In this document: positions 41,148-51,825 of the stretch, in pieces | Numbering within the stretch: the first letter of the stretch is position 1 | Layout: each line of letters begins with the position of its first letter | Assembly (NCBI GenBank): GCA_965203315.1 | Contig: OZ241857.1 | Span: 1,152,001-1,216,000, forward strand | From: Nitrosopumilus sp. | Lineage (GTDB): Archaea; Thermoproteota; Nitrososphaeria; Nitrososphaerales; Nitrosopumilaceae | Length of the DNA: 64,000 bases | Direction: 5' to 3' | Made by a program: the position numbers and the translations under genes | The notes under the pieces: generated by a model | The model's input: the letters and a program-made list of their open reading frames with translations, nothing else | What the model was told of the DNA's origin: nothing | Databases searched by the model: none

Positions 41148-43504
41148 GGTGATTCCAATTCTTCGATCTTTTTCTTGGCTTCAGATAATTCTTGGGTAAG
41201 CTTGGTTATGGTGTGTTGTTGTTCAGTAGAGGTTGTTTCTAGAGTATTGTATCTAGATTGGAGATCGGCTAGTTCTTGTCTAAGTCTCTCTATGGTTGAT
41301 TCAAGCTCAATTATTCTAGTGTCGTCTTGAGTTGGTGGAGGTATCTCTAAATCAGTTGGTGGTTTTAGGTTGATAGATTCATCTAAATCATCGAGTGCTT
41401 TTTGAGATTCTAATTCCTCAATCTTTTTCTTGGCTTCATTCAGTTCAGTCTCTAAAGTGTTGTACCTGGATTGGAGATCGGCTAGTTCTTGTCTAAGTCT
41501 CTCTATGGTTGATTCATCTGAGTCTTTGAGTGCTTGTTGAGATTTTAATTCCTCAATCTTTTTCTTGGCTTCATTCAGTTGAGATTGAGTTTGTGTTGAG
41601 TTGGTTTCTAGTATATGATATTTAGACTGAAATTCATCTAGTTGAGTTTTTGTATCTATGCATGACTCTGCTAATTCAATCAAATGTTCCTTAGTCTTGG
41701 TATCTGTGTTAAAGGCGACTCTTAGATTTTCTTTGAAATCCTGCATTCTGTCTTTCCAGATATCTTTTCTTTCTTTCTGCTTGTCTTTTTTGGTTTCTAG
41801 TATTTCAACAGTGCCATTCATATTTTCAAGGATGTTAATCTTGGCGTTATGTTCAGATTCTAAAGTATTGTATCTGAATTGGAGATCGTGTAGAGAGGTT
41901 GTAGTAGTGTTGTGCTGATACCGTAGTGTGGTGTATTTAGATTCAAGATCAGCTAGTTTGGTTGTTTTGTTGTTATATTGAGTTTCTAGAGCATTATATC
42001 TAGACTGTAAATCATCTAGTTGAGTTGCGTTGTGTTCAGATTCTAGAGCATTATATCTAGACTGTAGTGTTTGATATCTAGATTGTAGTTCAGTTAGTTG
42101 AGTTGGATTTATTGGTCTGGTTGGTATGTGTGTTGTATCGGTTGTGAATGTAAAGTGTTCAGGTGGTTCGTAATAGTAATATCCATTGATAGAGTAGTAG
42201 GGTATCAGAGTAAATGTAAACTCGACAGGATTTTTATGAACATAATGATTTATGCGATATCGGTATTTACCGTCATTACAACCTAAATCACCGTATGTGT
42301 TAGAACCTGTATTTGATTCTAACATGTATTTAACATTAAAAGCACATGTATTGTTAGTGCCATATACTACTTGAACTTCACCAATGCTTTGATCATAGAG
42401 TAATTGTACATCTAGTTTGTAGTTGTCATAAAACACTACACTTGTTTTGTTGTTGAATAACGGTATTTTTGGTATTGTGGGCTCTGTTCCACTTACATTA
42501 ACAGTCATTGCACTCGAATAATAATATGATCTAATACTGTATTCGCCTGTTTTGCTAGGTGTGAATTCAGTGTCACCGTGATTACTCATCTGTATAGTTC
42601 GAGGATAGCTATCATGTGATACAACCACATCACCGTATATATCAAAAATCAGAGTATCGCCAAGTTGAATATTTAGTTCTCTTGGGATGGGCCTATTAAA
42701 ATCATCATCCCATGTAATTGTATGTGTGGTTTGATCTAGTGACTTGTATTTAGAGTAAAGTTCAGCTAGTTGTGCCGGAGTTAGTTGTGTGGGATGTATT
42801 GGTCTTGGCGTACTTGATGGTATGTGTGTTGTATCGGTTGTGAATGTAAAGTGTTCAGGTGGTTCGTAATAGTAATATCCATTGATAGAGTAGTAGGGTA
42901 TCAGAGTAAATGTAAACTCGACAGGATTTTTATGAACATAATGATTTATGCGATATCGGTATTTACCGTCATTACAACCTAAATCACCGTATGTGTTAGA
43001 ACCTGTATTTGATTCTAACATGTATTTAACATTAAAAGCACATGTATTGTTAGTGCCATATACTACTTGAACTTCACCAATGCTTTGATCATAGAGTAAT
43101 TGTACATCTAGTTTGTAGTTGTCATAAAACACTACACTTGTTTTGTTGTTGAATAACGGTATTTTTGGTATTGTGGGCTCTGTTCCACTTACATTAACAG
43201 TCATTGCACTCGAATAATAATATGATCTAATACTGTATTCGCCTGTTTTGCTAGGTGTGAATTCAGTGTCACCGTGATTACTCATCTGTATAGTTCGAGG
43301 ATAGCTATCATGTGATACAACCACATCACCGTATATATCAAAAATCAGAGTATCGCCAAGTTGAATATTTAGTTCTCTTGGGATGGGCCTATTAAAATCA
43401 TCATCCCATGTAATTGTATGTGTGGTTTGAGCATATACATTATCTACTAGACCTATAACGCCCATGATACTTACTGCAATAAGACTCCCAATTAGAATTT
43501 TCAC
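41144..43504 (-). CDS. Secreted protein with a duplicated ~200-aa module and long coiled-coil tail
   Basis: Signal peptide; two identical QTTHTITW..TTHIP modules; heptad repeats ending KKIEELESP. Confidence 0.82.
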   Translation of the reverse strand: MKILIGSLIAVSIMGVIGLVDNVYAQTTHTITWDDDFNRPIPRELNIQLGDTLIFDIYGDVVVSHDSYPRTIQMSNHGDTEFTPSKTGEYSIRSYYYSSAMTVNVSGTEPTIPKIPLFNNKTSVVFYDNYKLDVQLLYDQSIGEVQVVYGTNNTCAFNVKYMLESNTGSNTYGDLGCNDGKYRYRINHYVHKNPVEFTFTLIPYYSINGYYYYEPPEHFTFTTDTTHIPSSTPRPIHPTQLTPAQLAELYSKYKSLDQTTHTITWDDDFNRPIPRELNIQLGDTLIFDIYGDVVVSHDSYPRTIQMSNHGDTEFTPSKTGEYSIRSYYYSSAMTVNVSGTEPTIPKIPLFNNKTSVVFYDNYKLDVQLLYDQSIGEVQVVYGTNNTCAFNVKYMLESNTGSNTYGDLGCNDGKYRYRINHYVHKNPVEFTFTLIPYYSINGYYYYEPPEHFTFTTDTTHIPTRPINPTQLTELQSRYQTLQSRYNALESEHNATQLDDLQSRYNALETQYNNKTTKLADLESKYTTLRYQHNTTTTSLHDLQFRYNTLESEHNAKINILENMNGTVEILETKKDKQKERKDIWKDRMQDFKENLRVAFNTDTKTKEHLIELAESCIDTKTQLDEFQSKYHILETNSTQTQSQLNEAKKKIEELKSQQALKDSDESTIERLRQELADLQSRYNTLETELNEAKKKIEELESQKALDDLDESINLKPPTDLEIPPPTQDDTRIIELESTIERLRQELADLQSRYNTLETTSTEQQHTITKLTQELSEAKKKIEELESP
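42122..43430. repeat. Intragenic 613-bp direct duplication (42122-42734 and 42818-43430)
   Basis: Copies appear identical on manual comparison; offset 696 bp. Confidence 0.92.
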
Positions 43505-43513
43505 AAAAGAACT

Positions 43514-43531
43514 CCCCCCCCCCCCTTATAA
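43514..43531 (-). promoter_or_regulatory. TATA box (TTATAA) followed by a G12 tract just upstream of the GTG start
   Basis: Minus strand reads TTATAA-G12-AGTTCTTTT-GTG. Confidence 0.7.
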
Positions 43532-43753
43532 CAATTACTAAAATATAGCGCAGAATAGTAGGTCATATCACTACACAATTCGAAACCAAAATGTCTATGG
43601 CGTAGATGGCGTTCCCATAGAATGAATCGTTACTCACTAGTATTGATATCAAGTTGATATAACATCCAAACAAGAAAGTCGATCGTCTTATCTGATATCA
43701 TATCGAGGATGTGGAACAGCTGCACAATAGTCAAAGATAATTCCAGTTAAGTA

Positions 43754-44680
43754 CTAGAATCCATCCTTATTGCATATCAAACCTAGCAGTGCAGCTCTGG
43801 TATATTGTCCGTATGCTGCCTGTTCAAAGTACTTTGCATTATTGGTAGAGTCGACCTCGGGAGATATCTCATCGATTCTCGGTAGAGGATGCATAACTAT
43901 TGCGTCATGTTTCATCTTTTTGAGTAGATCCAATCCAACAACGTAACTACCCTTTACTTTGAGATACTCTTCTTCGTCTGGAAAACGTTCTTTTTGAATT
44001 CGTGTGACGTATAGAACATCGATATCATCTACATGATCGTCTATCGAATCTGACTCGACCAGATCCAGTTTTGTCTTGATCTCATATACAGAATCTGATC
44101 GTATTCGAAGCGATTCCGGTGAGATCAGTGTAACGTTGATGTCATAGTTTCTTAAACCGTACAATAACGAGTATACGGTTCTACCATACTTTAGATCGCC
44201 TATTATTCCGATATGCAATCCATCGATCCTACCTTTTTCACGTCTAATGGTAAAGAGATCTTGGATAGCCTGTGTCGGGTGTTCCTCTGTTCCACTTCCA
44301 CCGTTGATCACTGGTTTGTCTGATATCTCGGCTGCAAATCTACTCGAACCATCCAGAGGATGACGCAGTACAAGGATATCAGAGTATATCGACATTATAC
44401 GAATGGTATCTGCTAGACTCTCACCCTTTTGTGCTGACGATGATGTAATATCAGATATGCCTAACGAGTTTCCACCTATACTCGCCATCGCAGAGTCGAA
44501 GCTTAGACGAGTTCTAGTGGACGGTTCATAGAATAGATATCCCAATGTATTGCCTTTGCAGATCTCGTGCCTCTGTATACTATTCATCTGCATCATCTTG
44601 TCTGTATATGAAAAGATCGTCTCTAGTTGTGCCTTGTCAAAGTCTTTAATCGATATAATATCTTGATTGTAAAAGTTCAT
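43754..44680 (-). CDS. pyrB: Aspartate carbamoyltransferase catalytic subunit
   Basis: EPSTRTRLSF, HPTQ, GDLKYGRTV, MHPLPR. Confidence 0.96.
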   Translation of the reverse strand: MNFYNQDIISIKDFDKAQLETIFSYTDKMMQMNSIQRHEICKGNTLGYLFYEPSTRTRLSFDSAMASIGGNSLGISDITSSSAQKGESLADTIRIMSIYSDILVLRHPLDGSSRFAAEISDKPVINGGSGTEEHPTQAIQDLFTIRREKGRIDGLHIGIIGDLKYGRTVYSLLYGLRNYDINVTLISPESLRIRSDSVYEIKTKLDLVESDSIDDHVDDIDVLYVTRIQKERFPDEEEYLKVKGSYVVGLDLLKKMKHDAIVMHPLPRIDEISPEVDSTNNAKYFEQAAYGQYTRAALLGLICNKDGF

Positions 44681-44722
44681 CCTCCCAATAATATTATACA
44701 AGTCAATATACAAACTATTCTA

Positions 44723-45184
44723 ATGGAACAGTCCGGGTTGATGGTTCGTCGCATAAAGGAAGGAACTGTGATCGACCATATCGATGAGGGAAAGGGTCTC
44801 CAAGTTCTTACTGCATTGAGGATTGATGGTACAGATGGTAGTCTGATAACCATAGCGTTGAATGTTCCTAGCGCCAAGTTTAAGAAGAAAGATATCATAA
44901 AGATCGAAGACAAGTTTCTCAAAGACGATGATACCAACAAATTGGCAGTCATAGCCCCCAAATCTACAATAAACATAATCAAAGACTACAAGCTGGTTGA
45001 GAAGCGTCGTGTCTCGTTGCCAAACGAGATCGATAGGATATTTCGCTGCTCAAACCCAGACTGTATCACAAACAGCACCGAGTATATAGAGTCCATAATG
45101 GACGTAATCGATATCAAGGGTAGAATCCTCAGATGCCGATACTGCAGCAGAGTATTGGATGTAAACGAGTTAGAGTATAACTAG
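44723..45184 (+). CDS. pyrI: Aspartate carbamoyltransferase regulatory subunit
   Basis: GTVIDHI, KKDIIKIE, CSNPDCIT..CRYC. Confidence 0.95.
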   Translation: MEQSGLMVRRIKEGTVIDHIDEGKGLQVLTALRIDGTDGSLITIALNVPSAKFKKKDIIKIEDKFLKDDDTNKLAVIAPKSTINIIKDYKLVEKRRVSLPNEIDRIFRCSNPDCITNSTEYIESIMDVIDIKGRILRCRYCSRVLDVNELEYN

Positions 45185-45217
45185 AGATAAAAAAGATTCA
45201 TAGATCTGATTCTACGA

Positions 45218-45526
45218 CTATTGTCCAAGTATGATAAACATCATTACTATACCATAGATGGCGATAGACTCGACCATACCTACAAAGATGAATACCTTTG
45301 ACTGTAATGCTGGGTTTTCACTGATTACCGCAAGACCTGCAGCTCCCACTTGACCTAGACCTATACCTGCACCAAATGCCGCTAAACCAAAAGCCAAACC
45401 TGCACCAAATAGTTTCATAGAGTCTGAACTCGTTGCTCCACTAGCATCTTGTGCATATGCAAGCCCTGTCACTCCAAGGAGGGAGGTCGCTACAACTGCA
45501 GAGAGTAGTAAAAGGGTTGGTTTCAT
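45218..45526 (-). CDS. atpK: A-type ATP synthase proteolipid subunit K/c
   Basis: GAGIGLGQVGAA..ENP..GMVESIAIYG; N-terminal signal-like extension. Confidence 0.92.
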   Translation of the reverse strand: MKPTLLLLSAVVATSLLGVTGLAYAQDASGATSSDSMKLFGAGLAFGLAAFGAGIGLGQVGAAGLAVISENPALQSKVFIFVGMVESIAIYGIVMMFIILGQ

Positions 45527-45763
45527 GTTATATTCACGCCTCAATAAACTCCATATTTAAATGATACAAACAGGTTCTTGCAAACGGTTAGCCTGACAAC
45601 GATTCTTGCAGTGTTTTGAGCATTAGAGTATGTCAAGGGTTGACTTTTGTGCCAGGGTGTCATATCAACTTACACAAGTCATCAAATGCAGTTTGTGCCT
45701 GTTCATCGGACAGAATCGATATCTAATACTTGTATCTCTCAACCACCGGTCAGTAAATCATAG

Positions 45764-46333
45764 TCATGCACTTCGATCGCATGAACCACTCTGAAATCGT
45801 GCTGTATTTTCAGCATATTCAAAATTCAATATTACTCCAATTGCAATATTTTGTATCTGCTGTTCTATGTCTGGTGTAGCTCTGTCTATGTCTATTACTA
45901 TATCAAGCATCCCTGTAGATGTATCAACACCCATTCCCAACAGCGGTAGATCGCTTAGTGCTAGTTTGAGTATGATCGCAATCATCCTTGGATCATCAGA
46001 TTCAGGATCTTCAACAACTGGCAACTCTAGTATCAATTCATCTAATTCTGCATGTAATCTGTCTATTCTGTTATTGTTGTCTCGAATCATATTTTGTATA
46101 GTATTATTATTGGAAAGTTTAGCTAGTTGTTGGTTTTCAAGTTGTAAATCTAAAATAGTAGATCCTATATGGTACAAGTACTCTTGCCAATCCTCATTAG
46201 ATCTAGTGTCGTCTATTTTAGACGAATTGACCTGATCGCCATCATTAGGAGCGTCCTGCGCATGTGCCAATACAGGTAGGGTTAACATTAATGGAATAAT
46301 TGCCAGTAACAATATTTTGAGACTGTTTGTCAT
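45764..46333 (-). pseudogene. Secreted protein, probably truncated (possible protease pro-region)
   Basis: Signal peptide, helical region and GVD..G.L.I.ID segment. After the stop, another frame reads DYDLLTGG*EIQV with further stops. Confidence 0.45.
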
Positions 46334-46511
46334 TATTTTTGTCGACGTATAATTGCTTTTAAGAATTACGCAGAAATGATATGTTTCTGAGACTCGTATG
46401 AAATTGTATGTGGTCGTAGTTTCTTTAACTAGAGATCAATAACGCACAACGACCATACATCATACTCTGCTTGAATGTAATCTGGTAATGATATTTGGAC
46501 TTGTCATTCAA

Positions 46512-46967
46512 CTAGTCATATCTAGTCTCAACTACAATAATCTTGCCAAACTTGCTAAAGAGTCGTTGTCTTTCTGAATTTGTAAAGAGCCAACCCAAAA
46601 TAACATCGAATGGTAACAAGAACGCCTTTCCGAAACTGCTTACTGCCACATTCCATATCTCTGGCTTTGAGCCATCTATTGTAGTTACTTCGAGTCCAAG
46701 TATCTTTTTGCCTATGGTTTTACGTGCAGTATATTCTAATATTGTCCAGTACGCAAAGAAAGCCACACTCATAATTGGAAATGCAACGACAAAATTTGAT
46801 GCATCATCCATATCTGGAGTATACGGAACAGTATAGAATATGGACACTAGAGTTGTAGTGATTATTCCCAACAACAAGATAACAACGACAAAATCGATCA
46901 AATATGCAATGAATCTCTTTGACCAACTTGCACTTGTAAGCATCTCTGATCCGCTCATACTAAACAT
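46512..46967 (-). CDS. RDD-family membrane protein
   Basis: ASWSKRFIAYLID, TIGKKILGL.V, RQRL. Confidence 0.88.
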   Translation of the reverse strand: MFSMSGSEMLTSASWSKRFIAYLIDFVVVILLLGIITTTLVSIFYTVPYTPDMDDASNFVVAFPIMSVAFFAYWTILEYTARKTIGKKILGLEVTTIDGSKPEIWNVAVSSFGKAFLLPFDVILGWLFTNSERQRLFSKFGKIIVVETRYD

Positions 46968-47167
46968 TTTTACAACATATATTAAAGAATTGCGTATGAA
47001 TCGTTCATTACCATGATTTGTGATTGAATTTGAGTTATTTTACTAGATTTGTAAACTATATGATAGCAACCTAGCCTCGGACAAGAGTTCACAGTCACTT
47101 CATCGATCAAGAATGTTATTGAATAGATTCCAAAGATGTAAAGATTGTTTGGTGTTATTACCAAAGA

Positions 47168-47299
47168 CTATACTCGATCAAGAGTCTTCTTTTTGAAACT
47201 AGCAAGATCATCTTTGATAGATTTTGTAAATCTCTCATGATCTTGTTCTAGAGACTTTTTAGAGTCATCGATAATTTTACGAATCTGATCCTTTGCCAT
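47168..47299 (-). CDS. Small helical protein coupled to atpD, 43 aa
   Basis: TGATG overlap; MAKDQIRKIIDDSKKSLEQDHERFTKSIKDDLASFKKKTLDRV. Confidence 0.6.
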   Translation of the reverse strand: MAKDQIRKIIDDSKKSLEQDHERFTKSIKDDLASFKKKTLDRV

Positions 47300-47928
47300 C
47301 ACTTTCTACTCTCCATCGCTGCTTTTACCTTTTTTAACTTTGCAAACTCTTCTCGTTCTCGTTCTTCTAGAGTTGCAAGAATGAATCTAATCCTCTCTTG
47401 ATACTGTGGAATTATGACATTCTCTAGCGCATTCAAGAGTTTCTGAGTCTTTTCTAGTGCTTTTGCAAGACTAAATATGGAATTCTCATACTCGGCAGCT
47501 TTGCAGATCTTTGGTAGTATCTCTTTTATCTGCTTGGCTGCTCTGTCTATGGATGAGTTGGTATCTGCAAATCCATAAGGCATCGACTTGTCCTTCTCTG
47601 TTACTGCTAGTGCCGGAATCTTTACGTCTACGACTCGACGGATATTCACATCTACCTCCATTACCGGAGGAGTAGACTCTGCAACAGAGTCGACTGTGGA
47701 TGTCCCCAGAGTAAGGTATGCCTCGTTTACAGACTTGTAGATGTCTTGAAGTGGTTCCCAGATACCACCACGTGCCTTGGATGCCTCTTCTATCATCTCT
47801 TCGATGTTCTTTAACAAGACTTTGCGTTTGTCGTCTAGTATCTTTTGAACCATTGTAGCGACTTGACTAGAGCGTTTGTACTTTAATAGTTCGATCTTTG
47901 TTGCAGCAACGTTTTGACCAAATGACAT
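47299..47928 (-). CDS. atpD: A-type ATP synthase subunit D
   Basis: TKIELL..LDDKR, NALENVIIP, LEEREREEF. Confidence 0.95.
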   Translation of the reverse strand: MSFGQNVAATKIELLKYKRSSQVATMVQKILDDKRKVLLKNIEEMIEEASKARGGIWEPLQDIYKSVNEAYLTLGTSTVDSVAESTPPVMEVDVNIRRVVDVKIPALAVTEKDKSMPYGFADTNSSIDRAAKQIKEILPKICKAAEYENSIFSLAKALEKTQKLLNALENVIIPQYQERIRFILATLEEREREEFAKLKKVKAAMESRK

Positions 47929-47930
47929 AT

Positions 47931-49313
47931 CTACACCTTGTAAAACTTGTCTACGTACTTGTCCTTAACTTTGGTAATCTCATTCTTTGGTAGTTTAGAT
48001 ACAACCTTCCACAGTATTCCCAGCGTCTCCTCTATGTTACGATTCTCATCTGTCGATTGTGATAGAAACTCTCTCTCAAATGTATCGCCAACGTCCATAT
48101 ACTTTAGATCAATCTCGGTCAAACCTGCCTTGCCGACTATTCCAGCAAGAGCACGAACCTCTTGTGCTCGTGAGTATGCATCATAGTTTTGGTTTGATAT
48201 CTCGCCATGGTCTTCACGTGTACTGCCTTCACCTATACCATCTTTCATCAATCTACTGAGACTCATCAAAATGTTAACAGGAGGATAGATTCCCTGTCGG
48301 AAGAGATCTCGACCCAGAACGATCTGCCCCTCGGTGATATATCCAGTAAGGTCAGGTATAGGATGTGTGATGTCATCTGAAGGCATTGACAAGATCGGAA
48401 CCTGAGTTACACTTCCCTTTTTACCGATCAGTTTGCCTGCGCGTTCGTATATTGTGGATAGATCTGTGTATAGATAACCTGGATATCCCTTTCTGCCAGG
48501 TACCTCCTCTCTCGCTGCACTGATCTCTCTGAGAGCTTCTGCATAGTTTGTCATGTCGGTCAGTATAACCAATACGTGCATTCCTAGATCAAATGCCAGA
48601 TACTCGGCTACGGTTAGTGCTACACGTGGAGTAATGATTCGTTCTATAGCAGGATCGTCGGCTAGATTTAGAAACAAGACGCTGCGTTTCAGTGCTCCAG
48701 ACTCTTCTAGGCTACGCTTAAAGTACTCGGCCTCAGAGTATTGGACACCTATTGCTGCAAAGACTACTGCAAAGTCGTCATCCGTTCCGATGACACTTGC
48801 CTGTTTTGCTATCTGGGCTGCAAGCAAGTTGTGTGACATGCCAGAGCCAGAGAATATTGGGAGTTTCTGACCACGAACTAGTGTTATCATTCCATCTATA
48901 ACAGATACGCCTGTCTGGATGAAATCTTTAGGATACTCGCGTTGTTCTGGATTCATCGGTTCACCATTGATATCGATGAACTTGTCAGCTATTGGATCTG
49001 GTAGTCCGTCCTTGGGTCTACCTAGACCATCGAATACACGCCCAAGTACCTCTTTGGATACAGGCATCTCCATGACCTTGCCTACAAACTTGGCGTTCGT
49101 ACCAGAGACCGACAGTCCCGTAGTTCCTTCAAAGACTTGAACTATAGCTTTGCCGTTTCCGACCTCGAGTACTTTACCTAGACGCTTCTCACCCTCTCGA
49201 GTCTCGATCTCTACCAGCTCGTCAAATGCAGCATTCTCGATATCATCTACTATGACCAGTGGACCTTTGATCTCAGCTATCTTGCTGTACTGGACTCCAC
49301 CTTCGACCGTCAA
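47931..49313 (-). CDS. atpB: A-type ATP synthase subunit B
   Basis: [38 protein letters not shown]. Confidence 0.97.
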   Translation of the reverse strand: MTVEGGVQYSKIAEIKGPLVIVDDIENAAFDELVEIETREGEKRLGKVLEVGNGKAIVQVFEGTTGLSVSGTNAKFVGKVMEMPVSKEVLGRVFDGLGRPKDGLPDPIADKFIDINGEPMNPEQREYPKDFIQTGVSVIDGMITLVRGQKLPIFSGSGMSHNLLAAQIAKQASVIGTDDDFAVVFAAIGVQYSEAEYFKRSLEESGALKRSVLFLNLADDPAIERIITPRVALTVAEYLAFDLGMHVLVILTDMTNYAEALREISAAREEVPGRKGYPGYLYTDLSTIYERAGKLIGKKGSVTQVPILSMPSDDITHPIPDLTGYITEGQIVLGRDLFRQGIYPPVNILMSLSRLMKDGIGEGSTREDHGEISNQNYDAYSRAQEVRALAGIVGKAGLTEIDLKYMDVGDTFEREFLSQSTDENRNIEETLGILWKVVSKLPKNEITKVKDKYVDKFYKV

Positions 49314-51088
49314 TTGGATACCTTCACTCCTGAAATACTTTGAAACTGCTCGTGCATCAGAGCCTCGAGTTGATCTAGTTTGGGCATCTCGTCGTCTTTG
49401 ATATCCATTCTTGCCTTGAGAAGTGAACCAATGGAGTCGATGGAACGGATCTCGGCTAGTGATACACCCTCTTTGAGAGCCTGTTGACCCTGTTTGTAAA
49501 AGTCTACCAATAATTGTAATAGTTTGTACTGTTTTTCTGGGCTACAGTATGTATCGACATCGTCAAATGAGTTTTGTTGGAGTAGTCCAATCTTTATCAT
49601 TCTTGCTACCTCTAGGATCAACTTTTCTTCGTCTGGTAGTGCTTCTGGTCCCAAGAGACGAACGATCTCTTTCAGTGTATCTTCACGTTGTAGAATACTA
49701 TACGCCTCACTACGCATATTCAGCCAGTTGGAGTTGATATTCTCATCCCACCACTTTGCAATGTCGGCTAGATATCCAGAATAGCTGTTCATCCAATTGA
49801 TCGATGGATAGTGACGCGAGTATGCGAGTTTTGCATCTAGCGCCCAAAAGGTCTTGATGAATCGCATGGTATGAGTTGTAACCGGCTCGGTAAAGTCACC
49901 GCCAGATGGAGATACTGCTCCGACCAGAGTTACAGAGCCATCACGTTCTGGACTACCGAGTGCACTTACACGTCCAGCTCGTTCATAAAACTCTGCTAGT
50001 CTCGATGCGAGATATGAAGGGTATCCCTCTTCTGCAGGCATCTCTTCTAGTCTTCCACTCATCTCTCTAAGTGCTTCTGCCCATCTACTCGTAGAGTCTG
50101 CTACCAGTACGACATCTTTGCCCATGTCTCTATAGTACTCTGCTATAGTTACTCCAGTGTAGATGCTTGCCTCTCTTGCAGCAACAGGCATGTTACTGGT
50201 GTTTGCAACGAGAACGGTTCTGTCCATGAGTGGTTTACCACTTCGTGGATCTTTGAGATGAGGAAATTCGACCAAAACTTCGGTCATCTCGTTTCCGCGT
50301 TCACCACAACCGATGTATACTACTATTTGAGAGTCGGCCCATTTCGCGATCTGGTGAAGTGTTACAGTCTTGCCTGTACCAAATGCACCTGGAATCGAAC
50401 CTGTTCCTCCTTTTGCTATAGGAAAGAACGTATCGATAACACGCTGACCAGTAAGAAGAGGTACGGTTGGATCATGTCTGTCCTTGTAAGGTCGTGGCTT
50501 GCGAACAGGCCATCGATGATACATCTTTAGTGATATGTTCTGACCATCCTTTTCAGCTACAACTAGTTCAGTCTCTAGATCATAGTCGCCTTCGGACACT
50601 ACACTGGTAATCTTGCCTCCAGGACTATCTGGTGGAACTAGTATCGAGTGTTCAATAAGTGCGGTCTCTTGGACGGTTCCAATTACATCGCCTGCAGAGA
50701 TATCATCTCCTACAGATACAGTTGGAACAAAGTGGTACGTCTTGGTCAGATCTACCGGAGTGGTAGTTATTCCCCTTCCAATAAACGAACCAGAAGCTTT
50801 GGACAGCTCACGTAGAGGTCGCTGAATTCCATCGTACAGTTGGCCGATTATTCCTGGTCCTAATAATACACTTAGTGGATTTCCAGTGCCTATGACTGGT
50901 TCGCCAGGCTTTAAACCACTAGTTGACTCATAAACTTGAATAAATGCAACATCACCAGTAAGTCTGATTACTTCACCTACCAGTTTTGACTCACCGACAA
51001 CTACAGTCTCGTACATCTTTGCATCTGACATTCCGTCTGCTTTAACAGCGGGGCCACTAACCCATACGATTCTACCTTGTGGAGCCAT
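49310..51088 (-). CDS. atpA: A-type ATP synthase subunit A
   Basis: [25 protein letters not shown]; no intein. Confidence 0.97.
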   Translation of the reverse strand: MAPQGRIVWVSGPAVKADGMSDAKMYETVVVGESKLVGEVIRLTGDVAFIQVYESTSGLKPGEPVIGTGNPLSVLLGPGIIGQLYDGIQRPLRELSKASGSFIGRGITTTPVDLTKTYHFVPTVSVGDDISAGDVIGTVQETALIEHSILVPPDSPGGKITSVVSEGDYDLETELVVAEKDGQNISLKMYHRWPVRKPRPYKDRHDPTVPLLTGQRVIDTFFPIAKGGTGSIPGAFGTGKTVTLHQIAKWADSQIVVYIGCGERGNEMTEVLVEFPHLKDPRSGKPLMDRTVLVANTSNMPVAAREASIYTGVTIAEYYRDMGKDVVLVADSTSRWAEALREMSGRLEEMPAEEGYPSYLASRLAEFYERAGRVSALGSPERDGSVTLVGAVSPSGGDFTEPVTTHTMRFIKTFWALDAKLAYSRHYPSINWMNSYSGYLADIAKWWDENINSNWLNMRSEAYSILQREDTLKEIVRLLGPEALPDEEKLILEVARMIKIGLLQQNSFDDVDTYCSPEKQYKLLQLLVDFYKQGQQALKEGVSLAEIRSIDSIGSLLKARMDIKDDEMPKLDQLEALMHEQFQSISGVKVSN

Positions 51089-51091
51089 ATC

Positions 51092-51679
51092 TTAACTAAT
51101 CCCGAATTTGACTGCAATCTCTTTCCTTATTAAAGGCTTCATGCGTTCAATCCTAGCATCTAGAGTGTTGTCGAATGTGATCGTGCCATCTTTGGATTGT
51201 ACTCGAACTCCACCCAGACATTTGATCACATCTGGTGATAGTTCAGATCCTGTAGGTAGCAAGGTTTGTACAATATCACGATCTCTTTCATTTGTATACA
51301 CAACAACCTCTGATGTTCCCAAGATATTTGTCGCTTCATTGAGTAGTGATGTGATCAGGTTTGCATATTCGCCACTACGATCTGTATCAGATATCTGATC
51401 GAGTGCCTTTGTAAATACTCTGTTTACTGCATCTTCTAGTACTAGGAGCTGTTTGTTCCTTGCTTCTAGGTTGGCACTGCCAACGAGTTGCTGTGCAATC
51501 TTTTCTGCTTCCTTGTTTCCATCAGATATGATCTTGTCATACTCTTGTTCCAAGGTGGGAATCGCATCGTCTAGTGTCTTGTGCGACTCTTTGAGTGTTG
51601 ATGTTATACCAGAGAGTATGCCCTCTTTGGTTTTGTTTAAGATTTTATCTATAGTCTGCTCTAAAGCCAAGTTTGTCAA
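51092..51679 (-). CDS. atpE: A-type ATP synthase subunit E
   Basis: Helical N-terminus, LGGVRV..DG..FDNTLDAR; probable TTG start at 51679. Confidence 0.88.
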   Translation of the reverse strand: MTNLALEQTIDKILNKTKEGILSGITSTLKESHKTLDDAIPTLEQEYDKIISDGNKEAEKIAQQLVGSANLEARNKQLLVLEDAVNRVFTKALDQISDTDRSGEYANLITSLLNEATNILGTSEVVVYTNERDRDIVQTLLPTGSELSPDVIKCLGGVRVQSKDGTITFDNTLDARIERMKPLIRKEIAVKFGIS

Positions 51680-51825
51680 TGAGTGGCGTTTATACATAAT
51701 AGATTTTAATGTTTGGAAGTCAGAGTATAGAAATGTCATACTCTACATATCTAATGTAAGATGGAGTCGAAACCAACGGGCATTCAGAAAGATATTAAAA
51801 AGTAGAGATTGACGGGAATCTTATC

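Noticed and set aside
42122-43430. DGR template/variable repeat pair
   Set aside because: Copies appear identical with no adenine-specific mismatches; no reverse transcriptase.
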